Sequence record: PV796108.1
Strand: one strand, 5' to 3'
DNA: 64,000 bases
The position numbers and the translations under genes are program-made. The notes beneath the pieces were generated by a model, which ran no database searches, was not told the origin of the DNA, and saw nothing but the letters and a program-made list of their open reading frames with translations. Below are positions 9,594 through 18,361 of the stretch, piece by piece (position 1 is the first letter of the stretch; the number at the start of each line of letters is the position of its first letter).

Positions 9594-9992
9594 ATGGAGA
9601 GAAAGAAAATTAATTTAATTATGGATGTTGCTTATAGCAAAGGACAAACAGACAAAGATGTGAATACAATATCTGCAAAGATGAATGCATTATTTAAAAT
9701 GAAAGGTACGTTAAACTCATTACGTACAGCAAATGGTATGCCAGAACGCATTCACATAACAGAAATGCAAGGCATTCATCATGAGTTTTTATATCGTGAA
9801 ATTGAATCACAACATGAGCTATTAACGCATCCTGACTTTGGTGAGTACAAAGATGTTGAACCATTTAACCGTGAAGACTTCGAACGTGCGATCCAAGTTG
9901 CAATGGAAAGCGAAGACCTCTGGAATATGTTCGATGGCACACTCAACGACATCATAAAGGAACAGCTCGATAAAAAAAGAGAAAGTGAGTGA
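9594..9992 (+). CDS. hypothetical protein
   Basis: 132-aa ORF with RBS aggggag. Confidence 0.7.
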   Translation: MERKKINLIMDVAYSKGQTDKDVNTISAKMNALFKMKGTLNSLRTANGMPERIHITEMQGIHHEFLYREIESQHELLTHPDFGEYKDVEPFNREDFERAIQVAMESEDLWNMFDGTLNDIIKEQLDKKRESE

Positions 9993-10189
9993 TAACGATG
10001 AATGAACATGATGAATGTTATTGTGAAAGCTGTGACTACAACTTCTTGCTACTAATGGTTAGTAAGAAGTTGTGTCCAAGATGCAGAAGCTTCAAATGGC
10101 ATATAACAAAACCAGCACCACTGGAAGTCAATGCATCTGTATTTTTAGAAAGAAGAAATCGAAAACAAGTTTATGCAAAGGGGATATAG
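9989..10189 (+). CDS. zinc-ribbon protein
   Basis: CESC...CPRC. Confidence 0.6.
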   Translation: MITMNEHDECYCESCDYNFLLLMVSKKLCPRCRSFKWHITKPAPLEVNASVFLERRNRKQVYAKGI

Positions 10190-10192
10190 TAT

Positions 10193-10561
10193 ATGAAATG
10201 TGTAAAAGAAATATGGTATACTAGCGAAGGTGAAGATATTATTCACGTTACGCAGGATAGTTACGAAGCAATTGATACTGATACCAAGGGTTATCTAATT
10301 GTAGGTGACGAAGAAAAAGGTTTCGGACCACGAGACATTTACGAAACTTATGATGAAGCAGTTTATATGCTTGCATTAGAAGTAGGAGGCGTAGCAATCG
10401 GTCAAGACTACGTAGTTATTTGCCATGACGGAGAAGAGCTTGTCTACTGGGGTAAAGAAGAATGGGAAGCAGACCCAAGCATCTTACCTTCGATTGTGAA
10501 CGCTGTTAAACTGTATTATGAAAAAGGTCCAGAATATATCTCACTACTTTTACAAAATTAA
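10193..10561 (+). CDS. hypothetical protein
   Basis: 122-aa ORF with RBS aagggga. Confidence 0.7.
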   Translation: MKCVKEIWYTSEGEDIIHVTQDSYEAIDTDTKGYLIVGDEEKGFGPRDIYETYDEAVYMLALEVGGVAIGQDYVVICHDGEELVYWGKEEWEADPSILPSIVNAVKLYYEKGPEYISLLLQN

Positions 10562-10580
10562 ACTGGAAATAATCACTGGT

Positions 10581-10609
10581 TTATTTTAAAAAAATAATTA
10601 TGTTAAACT
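10581..10609 (+). promoter_or_regulatory. putative promoter, class 2 (TTATTT-N17-TAAACT, extended -10)
   Basis: attatgt-taaact; matches 4416-4444 and 21411-21439. Confidence 0.5.
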
Positions 10610-10637
10610 AATAGGGCGGGTTTATCCCGTCTTATTT
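10610..10637 (+). terminator. hairpin (terminator or 5'-UTR stabiliser) immediately after promoter
   Basis: AATAGGGCGGG-tttat-CCCGTCTTATT. Confidence 0.55.
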
Positions 10638-10659
10638 ATATCCAAGGAGGAGAATATCA

Positions 10660-11745
10660 ATGCAAAAGCAACTATTAGAAAATATAAAACAAGGAATGAC
10701 GAAAGAAATTGAAAGACTAGAGTTGAATAATTATGAATTAATTCATTCTAAGCTAGAAGAATATTTATCAGCTGTTCGTTCACTTCACAAATTGCCACAA
10801 GTTTTTAGTAACTTAGAAGTAAACGAAGTAAAGGAAGTAAAAGAAGTAGCACCTACTATTAAAAAGGTTGAAACTATTAAGAAAGAAGAAACAGCTCGTG
10901 CAATGTATCGTTTTGAAAAACGAATCAAAGGTGGTAACTTACCAGAGAAAGATGCATTCGTTCCTGAAAAGAAAATTCGTGAACTAGATTTACATACAGG
11001 TGATATGCTGTATGCAGAAAAGATTGAAACAGAACCAGGGTATACTGGCCCAGTTCAATATGAATACACATTAGCACAACGACGTGATAAAGATTACCCA
11101 GAGAACCGTGTACAAATTGAGAAGTGTATTGTTAAGTACGACGCATCTATTTCTCGTTTCTATGTAGATAAAGATATTAATGGTAATAATGTATCACTTC
11201 CTGATGTACCAGGTTCAATTTATTTACCAGAATCTGATACAGATGATATGAAAATGCAGGTAGACGATGTAGTTGATATAGCTTATGATAGCAATAATCC
11301 AAACTATTTACGTGTTGTATGGCGTTACAATCTTACTGATGTGTATGCAGCACCACCAACTCAATCTCAATTAATCTTAAATGCTCGTGTTACAAAAACT
11401 GAGAAATCACAAAAGGTTTACGAAGCAACATTAAATGGTAAGTTAATCTTAATGATTGGTTACGAGCCAGGTAAACCACAAATTCGTGAAGAGGTTGAGC
11501 GTCGTAAAGGTATCTTCGAATGGGCTGAAGGTCGTGAAGAAGATAAACGATTATACTCTATGATTGCAAAAGCAGATGCAGTTATATTCATGCTTGAGTT
11601 CATGAAGCATGTTGGTTCAATCAAAGGTATTGAGTACTGCAAAAACTTAGGTGTTCCATATGATACAATGCATAATTTTGGTCGTACGGAGTTTATTCGT
11701 AAGACAGAAACATTATTAAGAATAGATGAGAATGCAACAGCATAA
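10660..11745 (+). CDS. DUF2325 domain protein with two putative OB-fold repeats
   Basis: C-terminal ILMIG...KADAVIFMLEFMKH...CKNLGVPY fits DUF2325; RBS aaggagg. Confidence 0.75.
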   Translation: MQKQLLENIKQGMTKEIERLELNNYELIHSKLEEYLSAVRSLHKLPQVFSNLEVNEVKEVKEVAPTIKKVETIKKEETARAMYRFEKRIKGGNLPEKDAFVPEKKIRELDLHTGDMLYAEKIETEPGYTGPVQYEYTLAQRRDKDYPENRVQIEKCIVKYDASISRFYVDKDINGNNVSLPDVPGSIYLPESDTDDMKMQVDDVVDIAYDSNNPNYLRVVWRYNLTDVYAAPPTQSQLILNARVTKTEKSQKVYEATLNGKLILMIGYEPGKPQIREEVERRKGIFEWAEGREEDKRLYSMIAKADAVIFMLEFMKHVGSIKGIEYCKNLGVPYDTMHNFGRTEFIRKTETLLRIDENATA

Positions 11746-11747
11746 AA

Positions 11748-11774
11748 AAGAGAGAAGGATTATCCCTTCTCTTT
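11748..11774. terminator. bidirectional terminator between convergent genes
   Basis: AGAGAAGG-attatc-CCTTCTCT flanked by A/T tracts. Confidence 0.65.
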
Positions 11775-12146
11775 CTCATGTTTAGCTAGTTGTCTTTCTC
11801 TCATCTGCATCCATTTCAAGATAACATCATCAGGGATGAGTCGGTACGTATCGTCGTATTCGTCCCTGTTTAATTCTTGTGATGTAGCTTCGAATCCACA
11901 ACTACTACACTTCAACCATTGATATCCAGTTTCATCATTAAACTCATAACCAGTCATCTTACCTGCGCAGCGAGGACAGTTTCTTCCTGTAGACCAAAAA
12001 CTTGCAGCAGGTATTTTATTATGGTTGTTCGTTGGGATATCAATATCAGACCACTTTTGCTTGTCTTGCTTTTGAGCTAATAATTTACCAGCCATTTGGT
12101 CATCTGATTGTTGCTCAAACATTTTCTTCTTTGCCAATGGATTCAC
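11760..12146 (-). CDS. zinc-ribbon protein
   Basis: CPRC...CSSC; RBS aaaggac. Confidence 0.7.
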   Translation of the reverse strand: MNPLAKKKMFEQQSDDQMAGKLLAQKQDKQKWSDIDIPTNNHNKIPAASFWSTGRNCPRCAGKMTGYEFNDETGYQWLKCSSCGFEATSQELNRDEYDDTYRLIPDDVILKWMQMRERQLAKHEKEKG

Positions 12147-12175
12147 GTCCTTTACTATGAAATCGGGGGATTGTC

Positions 12176-13009
12176 ATGTACAACCAAAACATAAAAGAAA
12201 TAAAAGAAAAATTTAAAACAGAGAATCTTGTTGATATGGTTCATTTGCATTTAATAGATGAAGCGCAAAATAAACAACAGGAAAGATATGAACAAGGAAA
12301 GATAGGGAAGTTTTACCCATCTTCAGTAGGTCAATGTAAGAGAAAGTGTGTGTACCAAATGCTAGGATATCCAAGCTCTTCAATGGAAGGGAAAGGACAA
12401 CTAGTATTAGAAAATGGTACAAGCTTTCATGAGCGAATGGAAACAATATTCGGAGACATGGGAATCTTAATTGCCCCAGAGATAAAGTTAACGAATGACA
12501 GATATCGTATTAGTGGTCGTACAGATGCACTAATATGGAATTTCCTAGCCGATGAAAGTGAAGAGTTCACTGGGCCGATCATTCGTCTATATCAACCTAA
12601 TGAAGATGGGGAAGATGAATTGGTATATGAGGGACCAAACGATGCGGTACTTCTCGTAGAATTTAAAAGTATTAAGTCCAAAGGATACAATGAGTACCTT
12701 CCAAAGACAAAAGCTAAAAAAGAACATGAGATGCAATTACAATTATACTTCTTTTTAACAGGCATTTCAAAAGGGATTGTGTACTATGAGAACAAAGATA
12801 CACAAGAACAAAAGTATTATATCGTAGAACGTGATGATGCACTTATTGATAAGATATTAGCAGACATTAGTGACATTATTGAATGGAATGACAAAGGTAA
12901 ATTACCTGAGCGTGAATTTCAACCAACAAGCTTTGAATGTCGTTACTGCAACTATCGTGACCTTTGTCACCCAGTGGTCAACCAATATACAATAGAAGAC
13001 TTAATTTAA
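12176..13009 (+). CDS. solo Cas4-like PD-(D/E)xK exonuclease with predicted [4Fe-4S] cluster
   Basis: YPSSVGQC, GTSFHE, SGRTD, VEFKS, QLQLY, CRYCNYRDLC. Confidence 0.85.
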   Translation: MYNQNIKEIKEKFKTENLVDMVHLHLIDEAQNKQQERYEQGKIGKFYPSSVGQCKRKCVYQMLGYPSSSMEGKGQLVLENGTSFHERMETIFGDMGILIAPEIKLTNDRYRISGRTDALIWNFLADESEEFTGPIIRLYQPNEDGEDELVYEGPNDAVLLVEFKSIKSKGYNEYLPKTKAKKEHEMQLQLYFFLTGISKGIVYYENKDTQEQKYYIVERDDALIDKILADISDIIEWNDKGKLPEREFQPTSFECRYCNYRDLCHPVVNQYTIEDLI

Positions 13010-13037
13010 GGAGTAGCTTTTCACGGCTACTCCTTTT
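13008..13037. terminator. intrinsic terminator between convergent genes
   Basis: AAGGAGTAGC-ttttcacg-GCTACTCCTT-TT. Confidence 0.75.
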
Positions 13038-13659
13038 CCCATTCTTTATCTTCTTGTCGTAGAAATGAAAGTGCTTTAATATTACTTTCCACTTCAGCTC
13101 GTCTCATTTTAAACTTATGATTCTGGAACACTTCAATGAAGTCCATGGATAGACCACCTTCAGTTTCCCATACTCTTTCAAAAGCTGATTTAGGTTCAGT
13201 ACCTAGTATAAGAGTTTGCTTGATGTGTTGATAAATATCAATCATACCCATATTGTCAGCATCATCGAACACAACATACTTTGCTTTTCTAATCCAAGTG
13301 TCATTGTTGTCATGTTTAGTCGTGAAGTAAATATCAAATCTCTTACCGTCTTTAACGAACCCAATGCTGTTGTATAAGACATCTAAAGTATAACCGTATT
13401 CTTTTTCAATTTCTTCTTCTAATTCAATAACAACATGTCTTGTATAGGCTAATTGACTAGGCATATTTACAATGAATGCACTGTCTTCACCCTTCTTCAA
13501 TAACCATTCAATGCCACAAGTAGTCTTGCCTTTGGCACGAGCTATTTTCGCAGCAATGATTTTGGATTTAAAGTTGTCGATAGTTGTTACCCATTTCATT
13601 TTTCTTACGGATTCATCAATCGTCATATTCTTCTTACAGTTTGCATGGTTGACTAACAT
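13027..13659 (-). CDS. P-loop ATPase-like protein (terminase/SF2 N-domain-like)
   Basis: IARAKGKTT (Walker A-like), YVVFDDAD (Walker B-like), LILGT. Confidence 0.5.
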   Translation of the reverse strand: MLVNHANCKKNMTIDESVRKMKWVTTIDNFKSKIIAAKIARAKGKTTCGIEWLLKKGEDSAFIVNMPSQLAYTRHVVIELEEEIEKEYGYTLDVLYNSIGFVKDGKRFDIYFTTKHDNNDTWIRKAKYVVFDDADNMGMIDIYQHIKQTLILGTEPKSAFERVWETEGGLSMDFIEVFQNHKFKMRRAEVESNIKALSFLRQEDKEWEKE

Positions 13660-13663
13660 TTAA

Positions 13664-14158
13664 TTACCCCCATATTTTCTTATACAAGTCTGGATTAACA
13701 GCTTGTATTTCTAATGGAATTGATTCTACAGTTGTCTTCCTAAAGTAAGGAATCTGGATAACTGTAATCCCCTTGCTTTTACATATCTCTACTTTTAACT
13801 TATCACATTCTTGTTGGTACTGGAAGTTCTCTTCTGTCTTGTGAAAGTGTTTTGAGTACTTGTAGTGTTGCTTACCGTTAATTTCAAATGCTAAATTATA
13901 TCGTGGATAGTAACGGTCTAGCTGCATGAGGTAGCCACGAGGACTGATTAAGAAAGAGTAGAAGCCTTGGTCAATATAACCTGCATCAGGAAATACCTTA
14001 TCTAAGATAGCGAAGATTTTCTCTTCTTCCTTGCTGGCATATGATTTCTTTTGCTTCTTTACTTTACTAGAGGATTTGCAATCATTGCAGAGGATTGGTT
14101 TATGTGTTTTGTAGGAGAGCTTCTTGTTGCACTCTTTACAAGTCGTGAATCTCATCAT
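13664..14158 (-). CDS. zinc finger plus Vsr/DUF559-like endonuclease
   Basis: CKEC...CNDC; LDRYYPRYNLAFEINGKQHY...D..K...C...GI.VIQIPY. Confidence 0.8.
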   Translation of the reverse strand: MMRFTTCKECNKKLSYKTHKPILCNDCKSSSKVKKQKKSYASKEEEKIFAILDKVFPDAGYIDQGFYSFLISPRGYLMQLDRYYPRYNLAFEINGKQHYKYSKHFHKTEENFQYQQECDKLKVEICKSKGITVIQIPYFRKTTVESIPLEIQAVNPDLYKKIWG

Positions 14159-14948
14159 GGCTGTCAGTCCCTTTAAGTTTTTCTACAGCACGTTTGCGCT
14201 TATGAAAAACAGTTGTTTCATTCATACCAATCATTTCAGCGATTTTTTTATCCGATTTCTTTTCCATATACCATTGAGAAAGGATAATGCGTTCAATAGG
14301 AGATAGCGCTAGGAAGATCGGATGACAAGTAAGTCCTCGTACCCAACTGTTCCCGAATTCACCATCTTCTTCAAAAGAGATGCGAGGTGTATCAATTAGG
14401 TCTCTGTCGTCAATCTCAATTAAGCTTTCTGTATCAGCATGTTCTTCCTCTTCAAATGGAATAAAATCTTTTTCTACATATATATATCCGTATGTTTTTT
14501 CTAGATACACTCGTAAAGCGTATCGGTAACTGTTGTATAAATAACCTGTAAAGTATACATCTTCTTTTTGTTTTTCATATCGAGTTGCTTGTTGTAAGAA
14601 CAACATAATCAAATCCTGTTGCAGGTCTTCATCAGGAATGGAACTATACTGTTCTTGCAAAGTATCCATAATATAAGAGCCAATCTCTCGTGTTCGAGAG
14701 CTACTTGTATATGATAGAAAATACTTACGAGCGTTCTCATCTTTGATGTAGAGAGCAAGGAAACCACGGATGTCCTTATCCTCCATAAAGATTTTGCCGC
14801 CACGTAGCACACGGTAGAACTTTCCTAAGTAGGAGTTCTCTTTAATCTCATAAGAACTCCCAGCGAAAAGCTCCAGTAATTGTTCTGCATATGTGTCTTG
14901 TCCTTGTTGGTAACCGTATACGATTTTATCTATCTCTTTTCCGTTCAT
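14136..14948 (-). CDS. divergent sigma70-family sigma factor
   Basis: DEDLQQDL...ATRYEK...FTGYL (region 2-like); LSPIERIIL...SDKKIAEMIGMNETTVFHKRKRAVEKLK (region 4). Confidence 0.75.
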   Translation of the reverse strand: MNGKEIDKIVYGYQQGQDTYAEQLLELFAGSSYEIKENSYLGKFYRVLRGGKIFMEDKDIRGFLALYIKDENARKYFLSYTSSSRTREIGSYIMDTLQEQYSSIPDEDLQQDLIMLFLQQATRYEKQKEDVYFTGYLYNSYRYALRVYLEKTYGYIYVEKDFIPFEEEEHADTESLIEIDDRDLIDTPRISFEEDGEFGNSWVRGLTCHPIFLALSPIERIILSQWYMEKKSDKKIAEMIGMNETTVFHKRKRAVEKLKGTDSHDEIHDL

Positions 14949-14950
14949 AG

Positions 14951-15211
14951 CTAAATACCCAATCTGTATCGTTCGAGCACAATGTTGTGCCGTACAACCC
15001 TTTCATCTTCTTCAGTGAAATGCTCAGATGCTGCTAAAAGGAAATTAGAGAAATCTTCCTCAGTGAATGGAATCGGTACGATATCATCTTGTTGGATTAG
15101 CTCTGCCTCTACAAGCACATATACTAAATCATCCAAAGTGTCATCTTCTAGATGTTCGTAAAACTCATCCATTGATAAAACGAAACGTGTATCACCTTTA
15201 AATAATTCCAT
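14951..15211 (-). CDS. hypothetical acidic protein
   Basis: 86-aa ORF in operon. Confidence 0.7.
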   Translation of the reverse strand: MELFKGDTRFVLSMDEFYEHLEDDTLDDLVYVLVEAELIQQDDIVPIPFTEEDFSNFLLAASEHFTEEDERVVRHNIVLERYRLGI

Positions 15212-15213
15212 TA

Positions 15214-15675
15214 CTACACCCCTTTTCCAGCAAACTCACTTAGTCCAACGCCGATAGCATCGGAGATATCAGTCTGCCCTTTTCGCAATTTTAAATCAAA
15301 CTTTTGTGTCACATACTTCCATGTCACTTCTTTAGATACAGAGCCATTACCATGGACTTTCTTACGCCAAGATGATGGCATAATATACTCAAATGGAATA
15401 CCTTGCTCCATACTAAGAACCTCAATCATGGTAGAAACTCGAATCAGTTTCTTTGCAGTCGCTGCATTACGACCTTGGAATTGGTCTTCACATATCACTT
15501 TATCAATTTTATATTCATGGAATAATAATTTTAATGCTTTGTATTGCTCTTTAAATCGTTCATCTACATCTTTTGATTTCGGTTTAATTTCACCATACGC
15601 CAGAAGAGTATTCTCATCTTCTAGCAACCCCCAACCTGTATCAACTGTAGATGGGTCAAATGCCATAGTAGCCAT
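15214..15675 (-). CDS. ruvC: RuvC-like Holliday junction resolvase
   Basis: MAFDPSTVDTGWG, VICEDQF, PSSWRK, DISDAIGVG acidic tetrad. Confidence 0.85.
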   Translation of the reverse strand: MATMAFDPSTVDTGWGLLEDENTLLAYGEIKPKSKDVDERFKEQYKALKLLFHEYKIDKVICEDQFQGRNAATAKKLIRVSTMIEVLSMEQGIPFEYIMPSSWRKKVHGNGSVSKEVTWKYVTQKFDLKLRKGQTDISDAIGVGLSEFAGKGV

Positions 15676-15744
15676 AATTACTCATACCCCTTTAAACTAT
15701 CTATCTACTATAACAATACCATATTTTTCTTCTACTTATATATA

Positions 15745-15773
15745 AATCTAACCATTGCTGAGAAATTTTTCAA
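15745..15773 (-). promoter_or_regulatory. putative promoter, class 1 (TTGAAA-N17-TAGATT, spacer ends ATGGT)
   Basis: read on the minus strand; matches five other copies. Confidence 0.55.
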
Positions 15774-15783
15774 TAGAGAGGAC

Positions 15784-15816
15784 AAATAAAAAACAGAGCG
15801 CTTAATTACGCTCTGT
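15784..15816 (-). terminator. intrinsic terminator
   Basis: minus strand ACAGAGCG-taattaag-CGCTCTGT-TTTTTATTT overlapping upstream stop codon. Confidence 0.8.
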
Positions 15817-16443
15817 CAGTAATGCAAATTCAGTTACAGCATTTGTGATATATCTTTTAATATAAGATGTTGCCCACTCAGGAATGTCTTCATAAGCAAC
15901 TTTTCCATTACGCATAGCTTTACGAAGTTCTAAGATTTTCTTATCAACTTCATCTGATGCGTCACATGTTAATATGGATACAACTCCTGTAATTGAATCA
16001 CTCATAGACTCATTTAGTTTATCTTGTTCTACTCGAATCTGAGTAACTAAATTATTCAGTGCTTTCATTGTTAATGTATCAACGAATAACTTATGGAAGT
16101 CTTGGAATAAGTCTGGCCCCATCTTATCGTTAATCATAGCCTCTACTGTAGTAGCATATGGAATATACTCAGGCTCTGATGGTGGAGTTAAACGACCATG
16201 GATGGCACCACCGATACTGATTGTTTCAGTAGGTTGAGCAATAAACGTTGATGATTCAACTGTATATGCTTTGTTATCTGTTGTATCTAATTTAAATATC
16301 TCTACTTCATTTTCATCATCAGCCATGTCAGCTGGTGGGTTTGCAATTGCGAACTTGGAGATGTAGCCGTTAAGCTCATCCTCCTCCTTACGCATATGTG
16401 CTTCAATTTCTTCTTCAGTCATAGTATCACGAATGTCTTCCAT
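15802..16443 (-). CDS. hypothetical acidic protein
   Basis: 213-aa ORF, TAATG coupling with ClpP-like gene. Confidence 0.75.
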   Translation of the reverse strand: MEDIRDTMTEEEIEAHMRKEEDELNGYISKFAIANPPADMADDENEVEIFKLDTTDNKAYTVESSTFIAQPTETISIGGAIHGRLTPPSEPEYIPYATTVEAMINDKMGPDLFQDFHKLFVDTLTMKALNNLVTQIRVEQDKLNESMSDSITGVVSILTCDASDEVDKKILELRKAMRNGKVAYEDIPEWATSYIKRYITNAVTEFALLTERN

Positions 16444-17027
16444 TACTCTTTTTCCTCCTCAACAGGGAATGCAGAAATGATCTCATCTACGACTCCGTGT
16501 TTCTTTGCTTCCTCTCCACGCATAAACCAGTTTTGTTTTTTAAGTTTCACATCATCTAGCTTATCTTTTAATAGATTCGTACGCTCCAGTACAACCCCAT
16601 CGTACATTTCCATTAAGATTTCCATTTCTGCTAGTGACTCTTTAATTTCTTCACGTTTGCCCCATGTACAACTTGCAACATCATGATACATAATATGTGC
16701 ATCCTTAGAAGCAAATCGTTTATGTCCACATAGGAGAAGTAAGAACCCCATACTCATTGCTTTGCTAATACAAATTGTATGAATTGGTGTCTTGCTCATT
16801 CGGATTGCAGTATATAATCCCCAACCAGAATATGCATCTCCACCAAATGAATCAACATAAAGTTCAATTGGCTTACGTTCATATTTTACTTTCTCTTGTT
16901 CCATTTTGTCATCATGTTTATTGATATTGATGATTTCTTTAGTAAGAGAATGGCAGTTGCCCTCTTCAACATACCCTGTTAAAAATAATAAACGATTCAT
17001 TGTGTCCTTTGTTTGTTCCATGTTCAA
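16443..17027 (-). CDS. clpP: ClpP-like protease subunit
   Basis: PIELYVDSFGG, AMSMG (Ser), IMYH (His), WFMRGEEAKKHGVVD; catalytic Asp position is Asn. Confidence 0.85.
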   Translation of the reverse strand: MNMEQTKDTMNRLLFLTGYVEEGNCHSLTKEIININKHDDKMEQEKVKYERKPIELYVDSFGGDAYSGWGLYTAIRMSKTPIHTICISKAMSMGFLLLLCGHKRFASKDAHIMYHDVASCTWGKREEIKESLAEMEILMEMYDGVVLERTNLLKDKLDDVKLKKQNWFMRGEEAKKHGVVDEIISAFPVEEEKE

Positions 17028-17050
17028 CTTCTCCCTCTGCTTATATATTT

Positions 17051-17575
17051 TTATTTGTCGTTTTTAGCTTTCATGCGTTCCATTTTACGTTGAGCTAAGT
17101 CGATAATGTTCTCCCCACCTAAAGCATTTACAACTGACTTCAGTTCTTCTTGCTCTTTCTTAGAAGTGTTGTGAACCATATTACGACGTTGTTCACGATT
17201 CATTTGTACATAACAAGCTTCTACAACAACTGAACCTTCTGGGTCAATACCAACTTCAATTGTATCTACATTCTGTTTAATTACTTTTTCTTTTTGTAGA
17301 TAAGCAATTACACTCTCTTGTGTAAGAACAGTCTTAATCTTTTCGATTTGGACTTCTGCTTCAAGTTGTAACCATTCAGGTGTACGAGCAACTAAATCGT
17401 TTACAGCTTGTTCCTGAGCCTTCTCAGTTAATCTACCAATCTCAAGGATTCGAAGAATAGCTGGATTACTAACAACGATACGTTGCATAATCATATTGCT
17501 CATTGTATGAGAAGAAAGATAGATGCCAGGTACTTCTGTTACAGCAACTTCTTTACTCTGGTTTTGTTTCGTCAT
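17051..17575 (-). CDS. hypothetical protein
   Basis: long ORF in operon; likely start MTKQNQ. Confidence 0.7.
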   Translation of the reverse strand: MTKQNQSKEVAVTEVPGIYLSSHTMSNMIMQRIVVSNPAILRILEIGRLTEKAQEQAVNDLVARTPEWLQLEAEVQIEKIKTVLTQESVIAYLQKEKVIKQNVDTIEVGIDPEGSVVVEACYVQMNREQRRNMVHNTSKKEQEELKSVVNALGGENIIDLAQRKMERMKAKNDK

Positions 17576-17696
17576 CTTGTTCTTCAACCTCTTTCTCTTT
17601 GAACGATTTCTCGATTACTTTTTCTTGGAATGTAAGTTCATCGTTGTCTTTCAGTTCCATAATCTGCGTTCCATCTTTACGAACGAATTTCAACAT
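17553..17696 (-). CDS. 47-aa hypothetical protein (not in ORF track)
   Basis: MLKFVRKDGTQIMELKDNDELTFQEKVIEKSFKEKEVEEQDDETKPE fills the gap between neighbours. Confidence 0.55.
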   Translation of the reverse strand: MLKFVRKDGTQIMELKDNDELTFQEKVIEKSFKEKEVEEQDDETKPE

Positions 17697-18039
17697 CAGC
17701 TCTCGCCTCTCTTTCTGCTTGCACTTCTTTTAATAATTCCAAAGTGCGATTGTCTTCTTGAGAGTCTGCTAAAGCATCTAGAGCATCTAGTGTTTCATGC
17801 ATCATATTTTTCATTGTGTATTCTAATACTTTGCGACCACAAGAACGATACTCTTGTCCTTCCTCTGTTTCATAAGTGAACCCTTCAATTTCTTCTTCAC
17901 TCATAAACTTGAAAGCTACACGATCTCTAGCAATATCTGTTTCTACATGAATCAATTTTGACCCTTCTGGAATACCAAAAATAGTTTCCAACATCTCCAA
18001 CGACATGACACTAAGAGAACCATACTTAGTATTGCTCAT
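17677..18039 (-). CDS. hypothetical protein
   Basis: 120-aa ORF with RBS ggagga. Confidence 0.75.
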   Translation of the reverse strand: MSNTKYGSLSVMSLEMLETIFGIPEGSKLIHVETDIARDRVAFKFMSEEEIEGFTYETEEGQEYRSCGRKVLEYTMKNMMHETLDALDALADSQEDNRTLELLKEVQAEREARADVEIRS

Positions 18040-18057
18040 TGTTCATCCTCCAATGGA

Positions 18058-18081
18058 AAACAAAAAGACCTAAAGGTCTAA
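18058..18081 (-). terminator. weak intrinsic terminator
   Basis: minus strand AGACC-ttta-GGTCT-TTTTGTTTT. Confidence 0.4.
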
Positions 18082-18348
18082 TTGTTCTTTCCACTTTTTA
18101 TCAATTGTCTTACGTGCATAAGTTACCATGCTATCTAATAGTAAAAGACTTTGTTCTTTACCTTCTACTTCAATAGAAAGGTTACCTTTCTCTGTTAATA
18201 CGACACGGTAAGCACAACGGATAGAATCAGCTACTTCTTCTGATGCAACTGCTCCTAATGTTTCTACAGACTCTACAGCTTCAGATGGAGCCTCAACTAC
18301 TTCAGTAGCCTCTACTTCAATTATTTCGGATTTTGTTTCGTTTGTCAT
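18070..18348 (-). CDS. hypothetical protein
   Basis: start moved to MTNETKSE (RBS gaggaag). Confidence 0.7.
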   Translation of the reverse strand: MTNETKSEIIEVEATEVVEAPSEAVESVETLGAVASEEVADSIRCAYRVVLTEKGNLSIEVEGKEQSLLLLDSMVTYARKTIDKKWKEQLDL

Positions 18349-18361
18349 TGTTTCTTCCTCC

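Noticed and set aside
12176-13009. CRISPR-Cas locus
   Set aside because: Only a solo Cas4-like gene; no cas1/cas2 and no repeat-spacer array found in any intergenic region
16443-17027. Prohead maturation protease
   Set aside because: No portal or capsid genes nearby; lies among replication and regulatory genes
17503-17879. + strand ORFs 17503-17733 and 17523-17879
   Set aside because: Antisense shadows of minus-strand genes with no RBS; a 47-aa minus-strand ORF explains the gap
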